Shown: one piece after another, positions 42,377-51,935 of the stretch | Layout: every line of letters begins with the position of its first letter | Position numbering within the stretch: position 1 is the stretch's first letter | Origin: Patescibacteria group bacterium | GTDB taxonomy: Bacteria > Patescibacteriota > Minisyncoccia > Phycocordibacterales > Phycocordibacteraceae | Direction of reading: 5' to 3' | Assembly: GCA_018971045.1 (NCBI GenBank) | Contig: JAGWVF010000001.1 | Coordinates: forward strand, 11,480 to 75,479 | Length of the DNA stretch: 64,000 bases | Position numbers and translations under genes: made by a program | The notes under the pieces: generated by a model | Databases searched by the model: none | What the model saw: only the letters and a program-made list of their open reading frames with translations | Told to the model about the DNA's origin: nothing

Positions 42377-42952
42377 TCACTGTTTATGAGTCCTCACTTC
42401 CTTGTGGATGTACTGAATGTCGATTTAGGGGCCTTAAGTGGCGATCAGGGCTCTTCCCCTCTCGTTCGATGGAGCTTCGCCCCCACCTACTAACTGCCGC
42501 CCGGGCCTCTGGTATTCGGAGTTTGATAGGAACCACGAGATTTCTCCCTGTTGGTCCCTTCCAGTGCTCTACCCCCAGAGGCACATATGGCGACGCCAGC
42601 CCAAAAGCTGTTTCGGAGAGAACCAGCTATTCCCAGATTCGATTAGCTTTTCACTCCTTACCACAAGTCATCCCAAGACGTTGAACGATCTACGGGTTCG
42701 GGCCTCCAGCTGTCTTTCGACAACCTTCACCCTGCTCATGGTAAGCTCATCTGGCTTCGGGTCGTATATATCCTACAATCGCGCTATTCACGCTCGGTTT
42801 CCCTTAAGCTCCGCCCCGGAAGGGCTTAGCTACGCAAGATATACACACTCGCCGGCTCATTCTTCAATAGGCATGCCGTGACGGAATGGCTTGCGCCATC
42901 CGCTCCGACCCCTTGTAAGTACACGGTTTCAGGTCTATTTCACTCCCCTCTC

Positions 42953-42986
<34 letters not shown>

Positions 42987-43771
42987 TCACTATCGGTCAT
43001 AGGACGTATTTAGCCTTACCGGTTAGTTCCGGCGGATTCAGTCGAGCTATTCGTGTCTCGACCTACTCAAGAATATGAACGAGAGTCGTCATGCATTTCA
43101 CATACGGGGCCATTACCCTCTGGGGCGCTGCTTCCCAACAGCTTCTGCTATACAGACGATTGGTAACTCTCTACGTACAAGTACGCTGTTCACATCTTAC
43201 AACCCCCCACTCCGAAGAGCGGGGTTTGGGCTTCTCCCTTTTCGCTCGCCGCTACTTGGGGTATCACGCGAGTCGCGTTCCATGCCGCCGAAGCATCGGC
43301 CGCACAGAACGCAACTCATATTGTTCTCTTTTCCTCCTGGTACTGAGATGTTTCACTTCCCAGGGTTCGCTTCACGCAAGCGTTACCTCGCGGATCAGAG
43401 TTCAAAACTCTGGGGTTTCCCCATTCGGAGATCTCCGGATCAAAGGCTACAAACCGCCTCCCCGAAGCTTTTCGCAGGTTAGTCGCGTCCTTCATAGCCG
43501 TCCTAGGCCAAGGCATCCACCGTGCACTCTTATTGTCTCTCGTGCAGAGACCTACATATCACGCGCACACTATATCCTCTCCCGCGCCGAAACCACTCCC
43601 GGCACGGGAAAGTTCATTACCAATGCATATTCGTGTATCAAAAATCAGTGTCCTCCGCTCGAAACGAAAACCGCCCCTCGGGGCGGTTTTCGTGTGCGCT
43701 ATGCACCCGAGGCCTCACGGCCTATCCGCTCCTAGAAGTGAAGATTTTCGGTTCGTAGACACGTGAAAGAG

Positions 43772-43800
43772 AGTATAGACGAGAGCGTCTGTGGCGTCAA
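43772..43800 (-). promoter_or_regulatory. Sigma70 promoter of the 23S-5S unit
   Basis: TTGACG-17 nt-TATACT about 230 bp upstream of the 23S 5' end. Confidence 0.75.
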
Positions 43801-43833
43801 TAGTCCCCTGCAGAGCTCTCGCGCAGAGCGGTA

Positions 43834-45525
43834 TTACAGCGCCCCCGAGAGAGTGAAGGTAACGCTATTACTCGTCCCGTTCGCGTTGATCACTGAAACG
43901 GGATACGTTCCCGAGGCAATCATTACACCTAGCGTCGTCATACACCGAGGGAAAGTGTTCCAGCACGGCACATAATTTGACGAGGGGATCGTAAAGCTGA
44001 GCGTCTTTCCGTCCGCCGAGTTCAGATTATAGGCGGGATTTGATTCAATACCAAGATTGCCGAATTTGATTTTATTGCCCGTCGCCGTGAATCCGCTTCC
44101 CGAGAGCGTAACCATCGTGCCGACTGCGCCCAACGCCGGACTGATAGACGAGATGACCGGTGCTGTCGAGCTCGGCGCAACTGAACCCGCTCCAAACTCA
44201 CCGGTGCCGCGAAGATACTGATAATAGTAGTAATTCGGATCGTTCGGGTTTGCGTACGGATTATTAACGGTGCCCGTTGATTGCTGACCGGAACCGCATC
44301 CATAGAGCGCATTTAACTTCGCTCGCGTAAGCGGGCCGACATACCCCGTCTGGCGAATGCCGTATTTCGCCTGGAAGGATACGACGTTAGCGGCAACATT
44401 TTCAGTAAACAACGAACCATTGCCGGTCGTATCAATGCCCGAGGCGGCGAGGGCTTGATTGAGCGCGGTAACGGGGGTTCCGTTACTCCCCACTGTTAGG
44501 TCCGAGTTGAAGTTGTAGCAGAACGGCTGGCCCGAGGATGAAGCGATCCTGCCGCCGGTAAGCGCCGCGGTTACGTTGGCGATCGTCGTGGCGTCAACGC
44601 CGAAGGAAGAAAGAAGCGAGAGAACGGACTGAATCTGGGCGCTCGTGAGGCTCGAGATTGGAGAGCTCGGGGTTTGCGGTGTCCCCGGAGACGGGGGATT
44701 CAATGTCATATTCCCAACGCAGAAACCCTGAGTCCACACTGTTCCGAGCGCGCAGGTGGCGGTCGCCACGGCCTTCGCGAGAACGGTCGAGGACCCGCTG
44801 CTTCTGATCTCAAGCGTGTTGCTGCCGTACCGCAATTCAGCCGCAGTGCCGCCGTAGAACGGATTGAAACTGTAGCCGTTCAGCGCATTGAACGCATTTG
44901 ATGTGGTGACATACGTCGACTCGCTGTAGAGGTCGTAGTTAGTGCCTGATGTGTAGCCGGTGATGGACGTCGGCTTTGACGTACAGACGGACGCTCCTGC
45001 GGGGATGGTGCAGTTCGGGACGGCGAGCGTTATTCCGCCCGAGGGCGCCGGCGTTGTCGGGTACGAAGTCGGATTCGTTGCACATATACTTCCACTCCAC
45101 GTTGTCCCTGTGGCACAGCTGGCAGTCGCGCTCCCCCTCATGACAACATTTGCCGTGGCAGAGTTGCTTCCATCAAGCAGGTTAAGGTTGTTGAGGCCGT
45201 ATGTGAGAAATTCTGCTGAGTCTCCAAGAATTGATGGCTTCGAGCCATCAAGGAAATATTTGCCGAGAGTTGGGCTATAGAGACTTGGAAGAATCAAGTT
45301 TCCGCTGGTAATTCCTCGTGTAAGATTTTGTACGGAATAGATTTTCCCTTGATTGTATTGAGTAGCACTTCCGACGAAGATTGAAGCTCGACAGGTACTT
45401 TGTCCGGCTGGGATGGTGCAGTTGTTGACTTGGAAATCAACAAATGATGTCGCTTGTGCTAATGTTAGTGTCGGGGTAATGAAGAAACCGAGGGCAAACG
45501 CAGCACCAGTAATATATTTATACAT
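43834..45525 (-). CDS. Secreted surface protein: two Cys-bounded repeats, PG-binding domain, IPT/TIG domain
   Basis: Signal peptide; CTIPAG..C x2; FQAKYGIRQTGYVGPLTRAKLN; PVISSISP...VTLSGSGF. Confidence 0.8.
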   Translation of the reverse strand: MYKYITGAAFALGFFITPTLTLAQATSFVDFQVNNCTIPAGQSTCRASIFVGSATQYNQGKIYSVQNLTRGITSGNLILPSLYSPTLGKYFLDGSKPSILGDSAEFLTYGLNNLNLLDGSNSATANVVMRGSATASCATGTTWSGSICATNPTSYPTTPAPSGGITLAVPNCTIPAGASVCTSKPTSITGYTSGTNYDLYSESTYVTTSNAFNALNGYSFNPFYGGTAAELRYGSNTLEIRSSGSSTVLAKAVATATCALGTVWTQGFCVGNMTLNPPSPGTPQTPSSPISSLTSAQIQSVLSLLSSFGVDATTIANVTAALTGGRIASSSGQPFCYNFNSDLTVGSNGTPVTALNQALAASGIDTTGNGSLFTENVAANVVSFQAKYGIRQTGYVGPLTRAKLNALYGCGSGQQSTGTVNNPYANPNDPNYYYYQYLRGTGEFGAGSVAPSSTAPVISSISPALGAVGTMVTLSGSGFTATGNKIKFGNLGIESNPAYNLNSADGKTLSFTIPSSNYVPCWNTFPRCMTTLGVMIASGTYPVSVINANGTSNSVTFTLSGAL

Positions 45526-45945
45526 AGCGATAAGTATACACTCACCTCCTCCCGCTCTGGTGGTTCAACCCGCCCCAATACAGTGGATAAACAATTTGTG
45601 CGTTTCTATAGAACACTTATCCACAATAATGTCCTTTACAATGTCTTTGAGTACCTTAGTATCAGTACAGGAGCGACGGGAGTGAGCATTCACCGAACGC
45701 CGCTAGCGACTGTTCCTTCATAGATCTTTTCGGCATCAGAGTGCTATCGAGCGAGTCCCTGCCCACGCACGCGGCGATCCGCGACACAAGCCCCTCGGCA
45801 TGGCTTCTCACATTGAAAAGCACTGGAAGATGCAATCAGCACATAAATTCAAAACCGCCCTCTTTCTCGGTCCGGACGCACTAAATAGTAACGCCCTCTC
45901 TCCTTTTCGCGACCGGCCACTTGGGTGGTTTTGTTATTTTCAGGA

Positions 45946-46893
45946 AGTTTTACGTAAAACACTTTTCACATATTACCGGTTCACGTGGAACATCAGACTG
46001 CGATTTCGACGATCTAACAGACGTGATGCTTTTCCATTATGGATTTTATTTCCTCATCTTCTGCGGCTTCTCTTCTCTTTTTACCTGCTTCTCCCAGATT
46101 TTTAAGTCCTTCATCATTAATTTTCAACAATTCTGATGTTCTTTTATCAAGATATTCATTAGTATTTTTTGAAGGCTCATCAAGAATCTCCTCAAGAAGC
46201 GCGTTGAGAGTCCAACCGATTCTTGGACCAGGTTCCACGTGGAACATCTCAATGATATGCCCGCCATTAGTCTTTAGCATGCCGACAGAGATAGGGTCGC
46301 GGAGGGCTTGTTCTACCATTGCCTTATATTTGCGGAATCGAAATGGCTGTTCCTTTGGCCTTCCGGTGCCGATTCGATCGCAAATGCGAAGATTGAGCAA
46401 ATCCCATATATTTTCCTCACCGACATTCTTTATCATTCGCCTTACCGCGGAGAGCGTAATCTGATCCGGATCAGAAAAAAACATATGCCAACGCACCAAT
46501 TTTACGACTTTATCAATCGTCTCTCGAGGGAAATGAAGGTATTCGAGAGCTTTCTTTGTTACACGTGAACCAACTACCTCATGGCCATGGAAAGTCCAAT
46601 CTCCCTTTTCGTCTGACCAACGGCGTGTCTCTGGTTTTGAAATGTCATGGAAAAGTCCGGCGAGGCGAATATCGAAATTCCAACCCTTATCGGCGGCATG
46701 TTGCATCGTTCTCATCAAGTGTTCAAAAACGTCATAGCTATGCGCCTGATTCTGTTCGATACCGACGCCTCGAATTAAATCAGACGATATGTCCTCGAGA
46801 ATACCGAGCTTTTGAGCGAAAACAAGCGCATTCATCGGCTGATTGGAATTAAGTATTCGTATGAGCTCGTCTCTGACTCTTTCACGTGAAACT
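45946..46893. promoter_or_regulatory. Cluster of five parS-like palindromes
   Basis: AGTTTTACGTAAAACA 45946, CGGTTCACGTGGAACA 45977, GGTTCCACGTGGAACA 46231, TGTTACACGTGAACCA 46557, TCTTTCACGTGAAACT 46878; consensus TGTTTCACGTGAAACA. Confidence 0.75.
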
Positions 46894-47477
46894 TGGCTCA
46901 AATGCTTGCTATTCTCGCTGATCGCTTCTGCAGTCGCTCCATCAATACCGAATTCAAGTTCAGCAACGAGCCGTACCGCCCGAAGCATTCTCAGGGCATC
47001 TTCATTAAAGCGTTCAGAAGGATTCCTTACGGCGCGAATGAGTTTGTCCTTTATGTCCTTTTCCCCTTCGTAGGGGTCAACGATTTGTCCTTTATCTTCA
47101 TCGTACGCAATCGCGTTTATCGTAAAATCCCGCCGCGCGAGATCCTCGAGAAGGGACGTGCCGAAAGCGACCGAGTCGGGACGGCGCTTGTCAGAATATC
47201 CCGACTCGGTCCGGTAGGGAGTCACTTCAATAATAGCGAGGCACGAATTCTCGGAACCGGTCTTTACTCCCACTGTACCGTAATCGTTTTCATAAAAAGA
47301 ATCAGGAAATACGGACTGGATCTGATCCGGTGTGGCGTTCGTGGTAATGTCCCAATCCCTCGGTTCTCGCCCAATGATCAGATCGCGAACGCAACCGCCG
47401 ACCAGATACGCTTCGTACCCGGCGCTCCGGAGCGCCCGGCTGACCGTTCCCACCTCATTTGGAATTCGATATTCCAT
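46014..47477 (-). CDS. cca: CCA tRNA nucleotidyltransferase with HD domain
   Basis: LVGGCVRD, DWDITT, RRDFTINA, EDALRMLRA, HDISKP, FHGHE. Confidence 0.9.
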   Translation of the reverse strand: MEYRIPNEVGTVSRALRSAGYEAYLVGGCVRDLIIGREPRDWDITTNATPDQIQSVFPDSFYENDYGTVGVKTGSENSCLAIIEVTPYRTESGYSDKRRPDSVAFGTSLLEDLARRDFTINAIAYDEDKGQIVDPYEGEKDIKDKLIRAVRNPSERFNEDALRMLRAVRLVAELEFGIDGATAEAISENSKHLSQVSRERVRDELIRILNSNQPMNALVFAQKLGILEDISSDLIRGVGIEQNQAHSYDVFEHLMRTMQHAADKGWNFDIRLAGLFHDISKPETRRWSDEKGDWTFHGHEVVGSRVTKKALEYLHFPRETIDKVVKLVRWHMFFSDPDQITLSAVRRMIKNVGEENIWDLLNLRICDRIGTGRPKEQPFRFRKYKAMVEQALRDPISVGMLKTNGGHIIEMFHVEPGPRIGWTLNALLEEILDEPSKNTNEYLDKRTSELLKINDEGLKNLGEAGKKRREAAEDEEIKSIMEKHHVC

Positions 47478-47537
47478 TGACGAATCGTAGCATGGCCAGA
47501 CTGGTTTTTTAGCTTTTGTGCCGTACACTCTAGCTAC

Positions 47538-47609
47538 GCCCTCGTGGTGAAATGGATATCACGACAGTCTTCGGAACTGTAGGTCCAAGTCCGATTCTTG
47601 GCGAGGGCA
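47538..47609 (+). tRNA. tRNA-Arg(TCG)
   Basis: Cloverleaf; ACAGT-CT-TCG-GA-ACTGT; T-loop TCCGATT; CCA not encoded. Confidence 0.9.
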
Positions 47610-47671
47610 CCTTTCCACCGCTCTAAAAACGAATCCTATATAATTGAACTCAGGTCATATATAATTGCAGG

Positions 47672-48355
47672 ATGCGAAAAGACAAGGAGATAGCTTCAAA
47701 AATGCGAAAAGAGGGTAGAAGTTACGATGAGATCTATAAATCCCTGCATATTCCGAGAAGCACACTTTCTCATTGGTTTTCTAAAGAGGCGTGGTCTGAA
47801 GAAGTGCGGGCTCGAGTCTCTCAGGCTGCCGAGGAGAGGCGCGCCGTCCGTCTCGCTATCCTGAACAAAGTGCGCGGCGAGCATCTGGCGAGAGCCTACG
47901 AGACAGCCCGATCGGAAGCGGCGAGAGAGCTCGCCGTACTCAAATACGATCCGCTTTTCATTTCCGGCGTCATGCTCTATTGGGGAGAGGGGGCGAAAGA
48001 TCCGAAACAAGGGGTGAAATTTACTAATAGCGACCCTAAGATGGTGCGGTTTTATACGAGATTTCTTTTGAAATCATGCCGGATTCCCGTGGAGAAAATA
48101 AAAGCGCATGTATTGATTTCTGAAGATCACGAAGAGAAGACGACTCGGGCGTATTGGATAAAAATAACCGAATTGCCGAGAGAGAACTTCACCAAGAGTT
48201 CTCTTATTGCCGGCCGGCATGCGAAACGACGATTCGGGTGGGGGGTCTGTACCATTACCGTCTCTAGCACTTACTTCAAACAAAAGATTCTGGAGTGGAT
48301 AAGACTTCTCCCGGAGGAATTGCTCGAGGAGGCATATTATGAGAATATAGCGTGA
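47672..48355 (+). CDS. HTH plus LAGLIDADG-like hypothetical protein between two tRNAs
   Basis: G.SY.EI...L.IPRSTLS.W HTH; LYWGEG..K, FTNSDP. Confidence 0.75.
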   Translation: MRKDKEIASKMRKEGRSYDEIYKSLHIPRSTLSHWFSKEAWSEEVRARVSQAAEERRAVRLAILNKVRGEHLARAYETARSEAARELAVLKYDPLFISGVMLYWGEGAKDPKQGVKFTNSDPKMVRFYTRFLLKSCRIPVEKIKAHVLISEDHEEKTTRAYWIKITELPRENFTKSSLIAGRHAKRRFGWGVCTITVSSTYFKQKILEWIRLLPEELLEEAYYENIA

Positions 48356-48359
48356 GCGC

Positions 48360-48430
48360 GCGGGTATGGTTCAATGGTAGAACATCTGGTTGCCAATCAG
48401 ATGATGGGAGTTCGATTCTCCCTACCCGCA
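48360..48430 (+). tRNA. tRNA-Gly(GCC)
   Basis: Cloverleaf; TCTGG-TT-GCC-AA-TCAGA. Confidence 0.93.
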
Positions 48431-48584
48431 CCGACGAGACAAAGAAGAACTGCCTCATTTCAGAGACGCTGTGAATATATGGGGATAAATCTGTGTCTAT
48501 TGGGGATAAAAGACGCTGTCTATAACGCCTCTTGCTCGACAGTCCGATAATATACTAAGGAGATGAGCCATATTTCTTAAGGCC

Positions 48585-48980
48585 GTGAACCTTTCTTCTA
48601 AGACGCGCAGGGAAATCGGAAATCTTGGGGAAAAACTGGCGGCCGAATACCTGCGCCGCTACGGATTCACCCTGCTGGACCATAATGTCGCGCGCAAGAC
48701 CGGTGAGATCGATCTCATCGCTCTGAAGGGAGAGACGTTGCATATTATTGAAGTGAAAACCGTCGTAGCCGACGAATTTCCTTCCGAGAAAGGAGCGGGC
48801 GATGACTATGACCCATCGCTGAATCTCCACGAAACAAAGATACGGAAAGTAGTCCGTACCGGAGAGTGGTATGTCCTTGAAAAACGGTGGGAAGGGGAGT
48901 GGCAGGTGGACGGCATTCTCGTGTGGCTGCGCCGAAGAGACGGGATAGCGCGGGTGAGCTACTTGCCTCAGATCGCATAA
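48585..48980 (+). CDS. YraN (UPF0102) family nuclease-like protein
   Basis: GNLGEKLAAEYL, GEIDLIA, IEVKT. Confidence 0.88.
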   Translation: MNLSSKTRREIGNLGEKLAAEYLRRYGFTLLDHNVARKTGEIDLIALKGETLHIIEVKTVVADEFPSEKGAGDDYDPSLNLHETKIRKVVRTGEWYVLEKRWEGEWQVDGILVWLRRRDGIARVSYLPQIA

Positions 48981-49003
48981 CGGCCTCTCATTATCTTGTT
49001 TTA

Positions 49004-49074
49004 TCGGGCCGCCGAGAATTGAACTCGGTCTACGTGCTCCCAAAGCACGCGTACTACCGGCATACTCCGGCCCG
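49004..49074 (-). tRNA. tRNA-Pro(TGG)
   Basis: Cloverleaf; CGTGC-TT-TGG-GA-GCACG; C1-G72 and A73. Confidence 0.9.
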
Positions 49075-49114
49075 TTCCTCGTCCGAGGATGCTTGTACTC
49101 TAACAGCTTTCTGC

Positions 49115-50239
49115 TTATTGCGGCAGATGAGCGATGAGCACTTTCTCGAGGCCGACCGCCGCCGGGACAAAGCCTGAAATAGCGTCGGAAATAGGGAGCG
49201 CGAGGAGCGCGTCGAGCGGCTGGCCTGTTTCATTCTCATATTCAGACCGGATATACGTTGAAGAAATCGCGTCAAGCTGCCGCGAGGCGGTCGCTCCCTC
49301 CATAGTGCTTGTCGTGATGGTTCCCGCGAGCTCGCCAAGAGCGTTTGCGACGCCCCCGCCTGAAGATCCTTCCTGAGCGGCGGCCGAACCCCCAAGCGCG
49401 TATACGTCAATACTATTTTTCGCGAACGTGTAGACGTCCTTTATCGAGCCGAACACAATCGTCGGCGAGAGATCGGACTGTATCTGGGAATAATTGAGGA
49501 ACTGCGCCCCATAGGATCCGATGACGACCGGCGCGCCCTGGACGAGCGCCTTTTCCGAGAGCGGCGACGAAGGGAACGAGGTTGGCAACGGCAGAGAGGT
49601 AAGCGAACCGGTGATTCCCACGAACGCGAAATCGCGCTCGCCCGTCCCGCTCGGGCTCGCCTCGGTAAGCACGCTCGCATTGTCTTTGATCCATTCTGCG
49701 GGAATATACATGAGCGCCGCCGTATACTGATCGGTCGCCGGACTGCCGGTACGTATCTTGCAGACAACGCCGCGGTCAGCAAGAAGGAAATACTGGGCAA
49801 TGTGCGCGTTGGTAAGGATAATCCCCTTGGGATCAACAAGAACTCCGCTACCGCTCACCGAATGGAGGCCGCCGCCGATAGGGGAGTAACAGATAATATT
49901 CACGAGCGAGTTTCGGAGGGTGTCTGCCGCTATGTTGAGACTTGCGCTTACCGCCTGAGCGATCTCCGCAGACGAAATGGATGATGCCGGCTCCGCCGTT
50001 TTCTTCTGTGCGGTTGACGCGGCGGCGCTTGCCGCTCTCGTCCGTCCAGAAGGAAGCGCCGGAGTCGATGTCGCCAAGAGGATCGGGTGATTCGATACCC
50101 GCGAGATCTCCGACGAAGAAGCGCTGACCGATGGATAGGGAAGAGCCGTCGGCGGATGCGCATTGCCGATAAACGCCATGACGACGAAGATCGTCAGGAG
50201 AGCGGGGAGGGTATACCACAGCGGCTTCAATCGTCTCAC
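49115..50239 (-). CDS. Membrane-anchored trypsin-like serine protease
   Basis: GSGVLV, ILTNAH, DFA, GSSGG catalytic motifs. Confidence 0.85.
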   Translation of the reverse strand: MRRLKPLWYTLPALLTIFVVMAFIGNAHPPTALPYPSVSASSSEISRVSNHPILLATSTPALPSGRTRAASAAASTAQKKTAEPASSISSAEIAQAVSASLNIAADTLRNSLVNIICYSPIGGGLHSVSGSGVLVDPKGIILTNAHIAQYFLLADRGVVCKIRTGSPATDQYTAALMYIPAEWIKDNASVLTEASPSGTGERDFAFVGITGSLTSLPLPTSFPSSPLSEKALVQGAPVVIGSYGAQFLNYSQIQSDLSPTIVFGSIKDVYTFAKNSIDVYALGGSAAAQEGSSGGGVANALGELAGTITTSTMEGATASRQLDAISSTYIRSEYENETGQPLDALLALPISDAISGFVPAAVGLEKVLIAHLPQ

Positions 50240-50314
50240 TGGTATACGCTAGCGTAAAAATGGTAGTCTTGCACTATGCGAAAGCGGGCTTACCCGCCGT
50301 AGCTTCAAGCCCAT

Positions 50315-50385
50315 GCGGGATTAGTTTAATGGCAGAACGTCAGTTTTCCAAACTGAGAGCAGGAGTTCGATTCTCCTATCCCGCA
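50315..50385 (+). tRNA. tRNA-Gly(TCC)
   Basis: Cloverleaf; TCAGT-TT-TCC-AA-ACTGA. Confidence 0.93.
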
Positions 50386-50453
50386 CACTGGTCAGAGACC
50401 GATTTTGAGACTGCGAGGCCTCAAGGTCAGTCCGCAACCACGAGCCCTATTCA

Positions 50454-50487
50454 AGCGAAAAGCGCGACCGAAATCGCGCTTTTCGCT
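50454..50487. terminator. Bidirectional terminator between tRNA-Gly and the recombinase
   Basis: AGCGAAAAGCGCGA-loop-TCGCGCTTTTCGCT. Confidence 0.7.
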
Positions 50488-51812
50488 TAGTCAGCGAGCG
50501 TCACTACGCCATCATTCATGATCAACCGATCGCGCAGATGCTCCAATAACTCACGCTTCTCCTCCTTGGTCCCGTTCTTCAGAAGGTACTTCGCGTACTT
50601 CCGGATATCCATCTCCTTCGCCTTCAACGCTCCCTTTACGCCCTCCACCTCCGCACGGAGCGTGTTATACCGTGCCACCTCGCGGTCTATAAGGTGTCGA
50701 GCCCCGATCTCATCGAGCGACACCTTGTCTATGAGCCCCGCCAGCTGCCCAATAATCTTTTCTTCGCGCAAGTATGGATTCTTGCAGTTCGGGTCCTTGG
50801 CTCGCGAGCAGGAGTAGTAAATATGGGTGACAGGTTCGCCTGTCGCTAGGGTTTTGGTCTTTTCCTGAGCCGTGATGCCCGAGCCGCAATATCCGCAGGT
50901 GAGAAGCTTCGTAAAGCTCCACTCCTTGAACTTATGCTTCGGCCGATTCTCCTCGGCAATTTTCTCCTGCACTGCCTGAAAAAGTTCCTGTGTGATCAAG
51001 GGTTCGTGCTTGCCCGTATACCAACTTCCCGAACCACGCGGATACTCGAAGACGCCGCAGTAGAAGGGGTTCTTCAGCATCTTATAGAGCGCTGACAGAT
51101 TCATATCCTTGCCGAATTTGGAGACGAAGCGCACGTCCGACTTAAGCCATGCATGCACCTTCCGCCCGCTCCAGCGCTCGTTTCCGATCTTCTCGAATAT
51201 CCTCTTTACGATAGGAACGCGAATCGGGTCGATTACAACTTCGCATCTGTGATCCTTGCGACCATCATTCAAATATCCGGTCGGTGCAATGCCAGGCCAC
51301 AGTCCCATCTCCACTCGTGCCTTCAACCCTCGTTTCACGTTGATGCGCTTATTATCGTTCTCGAGCTTCGCCTGCGACCCGAGAATCATCAGGAGGAACT
51401 TTTCATTCGGGTTGTTCGTGAAGCGCTGACCGTATGTTCGGATATCAATCAAATGCTTGCTGTCCATCAAGTCGACGATGCGTCCTAGATCTCCGGCATT
51501 TCTTGAAATGCGGTCCGGTGCCCACGTCAATATCCCGTTGAATTTCTGGTTCTTTAGTTCCTCGACTATTTCGTTAAATACCGGCCGCGCTCCGGCCTCT
51601 TTTGCCGAATGCGATTCGCGCTTTACTTCGACTATCTCTAGCTTCTCCTTCTCTGCGAGTGCGAGCATCTCCTTGATCTGGCTCTCGATGGAGAGCACCT
51701 GCTGTTCCTCGCTTTCCGTACTCTTTCTTGCATATAGGCAGTATCGGATCGGTACCGCCTCCAAGAGAGGAGGAGCCGCTCCGAAACCGCCCTGAATCGT
51801 TGCTGCTTCCAT
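50487..51812 (-). CDS. Large serine recombinase (resolvase, recombinase and Zn ribbon domains)
   Basis: YARKSTE (catalytic Ser), DRISRN, NPFYCG, HEPLIT, CGYCG...YYSC...C. Confidence 0.93.
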   Translation of the reverse strand: MEAATIQGGFGAAPPLLEAVPIRYCLYARKSTESEEQQVLSIESQIKEMLALAEKEKLEIVEVKRESHSAKEAGARPVFNEIVEELKNQKFNGILTWAPDRISRNAGDLGRIVDLMDSKHLIDIRTYGQRFTNNPNEKFLLMILGSQAKLENDNKRINVKRGLKARVEMGLWPGIAPTGYLNDGRKDHRCEVVIDPIRVPIVKRIFEKIGNERWSGRKVHAWLKSDVRFVSKFGKDMNLSALYKMLKNPFYCGVFEYPRGSGSWYTGKHEPLITQELFQAVQEKIAEENRPKHKFKEWSFTKLLTCGYCGSGITAQEKTKTLATGEPVTHIYYSCSRAKDPNCKNPYLREEKIIGQLAGLIDKVSLDEIGARHLIDREVARYNTLRAEVEGVKGALKAKEMDIRKYAKYLLKNGTKEEKRELLEHLRDRLIMNDGVVTLAD

Positions 51813-51935
51813 TGGTTATTGCCGTTAGTCCTAACAGCCCAATGGATGACGCAACCCCTCATGGGAGTCCAGACCCCTCTACCGGTTATTTCCTAGACAT
51901 ATGCCCGTAAAACTGCACCATGCTACGATTGCCGC

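Noticed and set aside
45800-46105. 101-aa plus-strand ORF
   Set aside because: Overlaps the cca 3' end and the parS-like sites; no recognisable protein features
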